A DNA stretch of 64,000 nucleotides from Chloroflexota bacterium (GTDB lineage Bacteria; Chloroflexota; UBA11872), in NCBI GenBank assembly GCA_047516685.1, contig JAKZUJ010000108.1, forward strand, positions 14,787 through 78,786, written 5' to 3'. This document shows, in pieces, positions 59,451 through 64,000 of the stretch (the stretch's first letter is position 1; the number at the start of each line of letters is the position of its first letter). The notes beneath the pieces are model-generated. The model was not told the origin of the DNA. It was given only the letters and a program-made list of their open reading frames with translations, and did no database searches. A program made the position numbers and the translations under genes.

Positions 59451-60907
59451 CTGAAGAGCCCCTGATCTACGACCTGTCCAGCCCGGGCCGTCGAGGCGTG
59501 CGTCCCCCGTTGCCGCAGTTCGAGCCTGTCGATCCGGCCGAGGCGCTTCCGACATCGGAACTTCGGACTGATCTCCCCTTGCCCGAAGTCTCGGAAATCG
59601 ACGTCATGCGTCACTTCCTGCGCCTTTCGCACTTGAACCACAGCGTGGACACCGCCATGTACCCGCTGGGTTCATGCACCATGAAGTACAACCCCAAGGT
59701 CAACGAAGTCACGGCCCGAACGCCTGGCCTGGCCGACATCCATCCGCACCAGCCGCCCGAAACGGCCCAGGGCGCTTTGGAGTTGATCTATGAACTCGAG
59801 GCCCTGCTGGCCTCGATCACGGGCTTCCCGGCCGTCTCAACCCAGCCCGCCGCCGGCTCGCAGGGTGAACTTTGCGGTCTTCTGAGCATCCTGGCCTGGC
59901 ACCAGTCGCGCGGAGAGACTCGCACTCAGGTTCTCGTTCCCGACTCGGCGCACGGAACGAATCCCGCCACCGGGACCATGAGCGGCCTGCAGGTCATCAG
60001 TCTGCCCACGGACGACGATGGCGGAATTAATCTGCAGAATCTTGAGGAGAGTCTTGGCCCTGGCGTCGCCGCCATCATGCTCACGCTGCCCAGCACCCTT
60101 GGTCTGTTCGAGCGCCGAATCCTCGAAGTCGTTGAACTCGTCCATGCCGCGGGCGCGCAGGTGTACTGCGACGGCGCCAACATGAACGCCATGCTGGGCC
60201 GCGTGCGACCCGCGGACCTGGACATTGACGTGATGCACCTGAATTTACATAAAACTTTCAGCACGCCCCACGGCGGCGGCGGCCCCGGCGCGGGCGCGCT
60301 TGCCGTGCAAGCTCACCTGGAAGAGTTCCTGCCGGGACCGCGAGTGGTTCGTCGCGGCGACGCTTACAGACTGGCAGAGCCGACGCCTGCCAGTATCGGG
60401 CGCGTGCACTCGCATCTTGGGAACTTCGGCAACCTTGTCCGCGCCTACACGTACATCCGCTCGCTGGGCGCGGAAGGGTTGCGTGAAGCCGCCAACGACG
60501 CCGTACTTAACGCCAACTACTTGCGCGCCTCACTAGCCGACGACTACGACCTGCCCTACGACCGCATCTGCATGCACGAAGTTGTCCTGTCAGGCAGTCG
60601 TCAGAGGCGTATGGGAGTGCGCACTCTCGATATTGCCAAACGGCTCATCGACTACGGCATCCACCCGCCCACCATCTACTTCCCGATCATCGTGGACGAG
60701 GCGCTGATGATCGAGCCGACCGAGACGGAGTCGCGCGAATCGCTGGACAATTTCATTGACGTCATGCGTCGAATCGCGCGCGAGGTGGAATCGGATCCCG
60801 ACAAACTTCATGAGGCGCCTGTCAACGCTCCCGTTCGCCGTGTCGATGAAGTGACCGCGAACCGTCGCCCCAACGTCCGTCGCCAACCTCCGGCTAGCCA
60901 GGCCTGA
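59447..60907 (+). CDS. gcvPB: glycine dehydrogenase (decarboxylating) subunit 2
   Basis: PLGSCTMKYNPK ... PLP-lysine context NLHKTFSTPHGGGGPGAG. Confidence 0.9.
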   Translation: MTEEPLIYDLSSPGRRGVRPPLPQFEPVDPAEALPTSELRTDLPLPEVSEIDVMRHFLRLSHLNHSVDTAMYPLGSCTMKYNPKVNEVTARTPGLADIHPHQPPETAQGALELIYELEALLASITGFPAVSTQPAAGSQGELCGLLSILAWHQSRGETRTQVLVPDSAHGTNPATGTMSGLQVISLPTDDDGGINLQNLEESLGPGVAAIMLTLPSTLGLFERRILEVVELVHAAGAQVYCDGANMNAMLGRVRPADLDIDVMHLNLHKTFSTPHGGGGPGAGALAVQAHLEEFLPGPRVVRRGDAYRLAEPTPASIGRVHSHLGNFGNLVRAYTYIRSLGAEGLREAANDAVLNANYLRASLADDYDLPYDRICMHEVVLSGSRQRRMGVRTLDIAKRLIDYGIHPPTIYFPIIVDEALMIEPTETESRESLDNFIDVMRRIAREVESDPDKLHEAPVNAPVRRVDEVTANRRPNVRRQPPASQA

Positions 60908-61126
60908 CCCCAAGGCCGCGACCAGGCGCAAGTCGCGCAGGTCATTTTGTCCGGTGGGATGCGCAGTTGACTGCATCGTTCTTCAGGCTTGGAAAACCGT
61001 GCGCGGGCGGTACGAATCTGGAGTGGGGTAGGCTGCGATCCCAAGAGTTATTCCATGCGGCACGCGGTAAGGCCATGGGCTATGGGCCGTCTTGAACGAC
61101 ACGCTGGCCAACCAGGGAGAACAACG

Positions 61127-61951
61127 ATGAAGATCGTGCGCTATCAGACCGACGCGGGTCCGGCCTACGGTTCACTTGGTGAGGGCGGCGCCGTCCACGC
61201 GATCAGCGGGGATATTTTCGGCGACTTTGACGTAGGCGGACGGGTCGCGGATATCGACGATTTGAAGATTCTGGCGCCCGTCGACCCGCCGAAGCTGATC
61301 GGCGTTGGCGGCAACTATCTCGAGCACCTGCACGAGGGTGGCGACGATGCATTCGTCCCGCAGTTCCCGATGGTGTTCCAACTCCCGTCGACGTCGGTGA
61401 TCGGGCCGGGCGATTCCATCGTGATTCCGAATAAGGCGGGTTTTCGGCACGCGATCAACAACCCCGATCTGCAGAACGAACCGTTTACCCCCGTGGACTA
61501 CGAGTCAGAGCTGGTTGCCGTGATTGGCAAGCCGTGCCACCGCATTGACCCGGACGAGGCCCTGGACTACGTGCTGGGATACAGCTGTGGAAACGACGTG
61601 AGCGCGCGCCCGTTGCAGGTGGCGGAAATGGCCACCGGTGTCCTGATGCTGGGCAAGGGGCTGGAGACGTTTAAGCCGCTGGGTCCGGTGATTACTACCG
61701 ACCTGGATCCGACGGATCTCAGGCTGAGGGGCCGGCACAACGGGGTGGTTACGCAAGATACGAGTACGTCCGACCTACTGTTCAGCGTGGCTTCACTCGT
61801 CACCTACCTGGCGCAGGCGATTCGGCTGGAGCCCGGTGACTGTATCTACACGGGCACGCCTTCGGGCGGTGGGTCGCTGGTGGCGGGAGACACGATCGAG
61901 GTCGAAATCGACGGCATCGGCGTGCTGAGCAATCCGGTCGTGGCGGGGTAG
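61127..61951 (+). CDS. fumarylacetoacetate hydrolase (FAH) family protein
   Basis: ORF-track 60989..61951. ATG 61127 with GGGAGA SD. MKIVRY ... GVGGNYLEHLHE ... ESELVAVIGK ... GYSCGNDVSAR. Confidence 0.8.
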   Translation: MKIVRYQTDAGPAYGSLGEGGAVHAISGDIFGDFDVGGRVADIDDLKILAPVDPPKLIGVGGNYLEHLHEGGDDAFVPQFPMVFQLPSTSVIGPGDSIVIPNKAGFRHAINNPDLQNEPFTPVDYESELVAVIGKPCHRIDPDEALDYVLGYSCGNDVSARPLQVAEMATGVLMLGKGLETFKPLGPVITTDLDPTDLRLRGRHNGVVTQDTSTSDLLFSVASLVTYLAQAIRLEPGDCIYTGTPSGGGSLVAGDTIEVEIDGIGVLSNPVVAG

Positions 61952-62121
61952 CTGGGCGCGGACTTAGGCACGACGCAGGGCGCGGGAATTGGCTTGTGTA
62001 GGTTGCCGCCCGCTGGTCGGTGGCAGGCCTCGGCCGTCCACGCATCCGTCCGCTCGGGCGGTGACGCTTGCTGCCTCGGTGTGGTGATGTCCCAGCGTGG
62101 CGACCCGACAGGTTCGTCGCG

Positions 62122-63222
62122 CTACGAACGGCTCCCGTCCACACGGCGTTGGGCGAGCCAGTCCTCGCGGTATTCGAGGCCGAAGCCGGGCCGGTCCGGA
62201 ACCTGGACCATGCCGTTGACGATGCGCACCGGTTCCACCCAGCACTCGTCGTGGGTGTTGCCGCTGGCCTCCAGGTAGATGCTATTGGTCATGGCGGCGA
62301 GCAGTTGGGCGTTGTGCTGCCAGCCGCCATGAGTGGCGATGCGGACGTTGTAGGCGTCGGCCAGGGCGGCCATTTCCATGATTTCCATGACGCCGCCGGC
62401 GCGGCGGGCGTCGGGTTGCAGGATGTCCACGCCGCGCTGGGCGAGCAGGTCTAGCACGGCGTGCTTGCCGTAGATGTTCTCGCCGGTGGCGATGGGGACG
62501 GAAACGGCAGCGCGTAGCTCGCCGTATTCGGCGTTCATCCAGGGCCGCAGCGGTTCCTCGTACCAGTAGATGTCGTATGGCTCGTAGGCGTTGCCGCGGC
62601 GGATGGCTTCGTCCACGGAGTGGATCTGGTTGGCATCAATCATGACGTGCACGTCCGAGCCGACGGCGTTACGGACGGCTTCCAGCCGGCGCAGGTCGTC
62701 GGCCAGGTCGGGCGAGCCGACCTTGATCTTGACGGCGCGGTAGCCGGCGTCGATGGCGCGCTGGCACTGCACAAGGATTTCGTCTTGGGGGAAGTTGAGC
62801 CAGCCGACCATGCCGTAGGCCGGGATCTCGCTGCGGTACTGGCCGAGCAACTGGGCGACGGAGGTGTCCCGCGCTTTGCCGAGGATGTCCCAGACGCAGT
62901 AGTCGATGACAGATATTCCGAAGACGCCGAGGCCGCTGACGCCGTAGTACTCGGTCTGGTTGAAGAGGTGGCGGCGCAGGCGGCGGGGCATTGAGGCGTC
63001 CTGGCCGACCACGAGTTTGCGCATTTCGACTTCAAAAAGCTGGCGGGTGAGTTCGCCGCCGTAGCCGGAAATGCTGAGGGTGTAGGTGCCGTAGATGCCG
63101 CTCTCGGTGTGTAGGCGTACAACCAGGTCGCGGCCGGAGGCGATGCGGTGGATGGAGTCCTCGATGACCCGCGGTGGGCCTGGCTGCTGGATGACGATGG
63201 TCTCGAGCTCGGTGATTCGCAT
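62122..63222 (-). CDS. enolase-superfamily dehydratase (mandelate racemase/muconate lactonizing enzyme family; sugar-acid dehydratase-like)
   Basis: ORF-track 62122..63381. ATG 63222 gives MRITELETIVIQ. Metal ligands in KIKVG ... IDANQ ... YEEP ... context. Confidence 0.75.
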   Translation of the reverse strand: MRITELETIVIQQPGPPRVIEDSIHRIASGRDLVVRLHTESGIYGTYTLSISGYGGELTRQLFEVEMRKLVVGQDASMPRRLRRHLFNQTEYYGVSGLGVFGISVIDYCVWDILGKARDTSVAQLLGQYRSEIPAYGMVGWLNFPQDEILVQCQRAIDAGYRAVKIKVGSPDLADDLRRLEAVRNAVGSDVHVMIDANQIHSVDEAIRRGNAYEPYDIYWYEEPLRPWMNAEYGELRAAVSVPIATGENIYGKHAVLDLLAQRGVDILQPDARRAGGVMEIMEMAALADAYNVRIATHGGWQHNAQLLAAMTNSIYLEASGNTHDECWVEPVRIVNGMVQVPDRPGFGLEYREDWLAQRRVDGSRS

Positions 63223-63446
63223 GTGGCCTCGCAGTGGCTCTGGATTCGAGCGAAGGGCAACCGTGGGGATTGCGCAGTCTAGTCTGGTCAGCTGAGCCTG
63301 GCAGTTGACATAATGCTGTGAAATGACCGTCAAGTCATGGAGCGTCGCGCTTCGGCCGAGGGGCGCCGGGTGTGCGTGCAATCATGCGGGACGGCTTGCG
63401 ATGGGGGTGCGACGTGCCAGCAGTTGATGTCCCGAGGGTTGCATTC

Positions 63447-64000
63447 ATGGGTTCGGGCCGGGTTGCGATCGACGGCATCACCGTGCCGGACCCGTCCCCG
63501 AACCAGATTCGCGTCCGCACGACCCAGTCGCTGATTAGCGCCGGTTCGGAGCGAAACAGCTTTGAGTCGCCGAGCGCCGAACCGCGACTACCGGGGTATT
63601 CGAGCGTGGGGGTTGTGGACGCGGTTGGACGGAAGGTGGCTGGCTATCGCGAAGGGGATCGGGTGTACGCGACCTCTCCACACCAAGGCGCGCACCTGGT
63701 GGAAGTGGATGCGCCGCGGGTCCTGGACGGGAAGGAGCACTACCCGCCGCCCAGGATTCCCGACACGGTGACGGACGTGCACGCCACGTTTTTGTCGCTG
63801 GCCGACGTGGCGCTGCATGGCGTACGTCGCGGGAGACCATACATTGGGGACTCGGTGGCGGTATTCGGGCAGGGCGTGGTGGGTCAACTGGTGACGCAGT
63901 TCGCGCGCATGGTGAATCCGTACCCGCTGATTGGGATCGATCTGGAGGACGAGCGCCTGACGCTGGCTCAGCGAAGCGGCGCGACGCACTCGGTCAACGC
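63447..64000 (+). CDS. zinc-binding MDR-family alcohol/sugar dehydrogenase (partial, continues beyond window)
   Basis: Manual translation from ATG 63447: MGSGRVAIDGITVPDPSPNQIRVRTTQSLISAGSE ... GDRVYATSPHQGAHLVEVD ... VFGQGVVGQLVTQFA (Rossmann GxGxxG). No stop before the window end. Confidence 0.6.
   Translation, partial: MGSGRVAIDGITVPDPSPNQIRVRTTQSLISAGSERNSFESPSAEPRLPGYSSVGVVDAVGRKVAGYREGDRVYATSPHQGAHLVEVDAPRVLDGKEHYPPPRIPDTVTDVHATFLSLADVALHGVRRGRPYIGDSVAVFGQGVVGQLVTQFARMVNPYPLIGIDLEDERLTLAQRSGATHSVN

Noticed and set aside
61952-62121. Inverted repeat ccgcccg...cgggcgg between convergent FAH and dehydratase genes as a bidirectional terminator
   Set aside because: Stem is short, the loop is ~38 nt and no U-tract follows. 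Too weak to call.
63588-63989. 133-aa minus-strand ORF near the window end
   Set aside because: Antisense to an open MDR dehydrogenase reading frame with a Rossmann motif. His/Arg-rich junk translation.
1-64000. Mobile elements, prophage, toxin-antitoxin or defence-system signatures (integrase, transposase, Cas, restriction enzymes, retron RT)
   Set aside because: None of the translated ORFs show the corresponding motifs. The only compositional anomaly is the small ORF at 7865..8239.

Overview
High-GC bacterial chromosomal segment, densely coding on both strands. No CRISPR array, rRNA or tRNA gene, transposase or integrase was found. Gene order and the rpoC insertion suggest a Chloroflexi/Thermomicrobia-like or Deinococcus-Thermus-like lineage (inference only). 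Three blocks are visible. (1) 1-21 kb: an accessory-looking cell-envelope region. It holds a Nudix fragment, an Eis-like GNAT, a SPOR-like + beta-propeller Tat lipoprotein and miaB. It then holds a compact glycan-assembly locus: rmlD, GT2, a small low-GC ORF, a Wzy_C/O-antigen-ligase-family protein, GT1, GT1, GT2, GT2 and a WbaP-type priming transferase. This locus is followed directly by a 933-aa NHL-repeat double-propeller lipoprotein, then grpE-dnaJ-prmA-HIT. (2) 21.6-50.8 kb: one uninterrupted transcription-translation cluster, all on the + strand. It runs rpoB-rpoC-rpsL-rpsG-fusA-tuf-S10-spc-alpha operons-truA-rplM-rpsI. rpoC carries a ~200-aa coiled-coil insertion and an acidic tail. Several r-proteins and IF-1 carry extensions. 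rpmJ is present but absent from the ORF track. (3) 50.8-64 kb: scpB-scpA-HD-M50 protease; dmpA with a SAM hydroxide adenosyltransferase (DUF62, fluorinase/chlorinase family); an M28 peptidase; YabN-like mazG; gcvH-gcvPA-gcvPB; a FAH-family hydrolase; and a divergent enolase-superfamily dehydratase / MDR dehydrogenase pair. The most interesting candidates are below. First, the glycan locus looks like a protein O-glycosylation (S-layer-glycosylation-like) system, with the adjacent NHL lipoprotein as a possible target. Second, the 474-nt rpoB leader shows a candidate small RNA/attenuator and tandem 15-mer repeats. Third, the low-GC orphan ORF sits inside the glycan locus. Many ORF-track entries are antisense or upstream-extended artefacts of high GC content.
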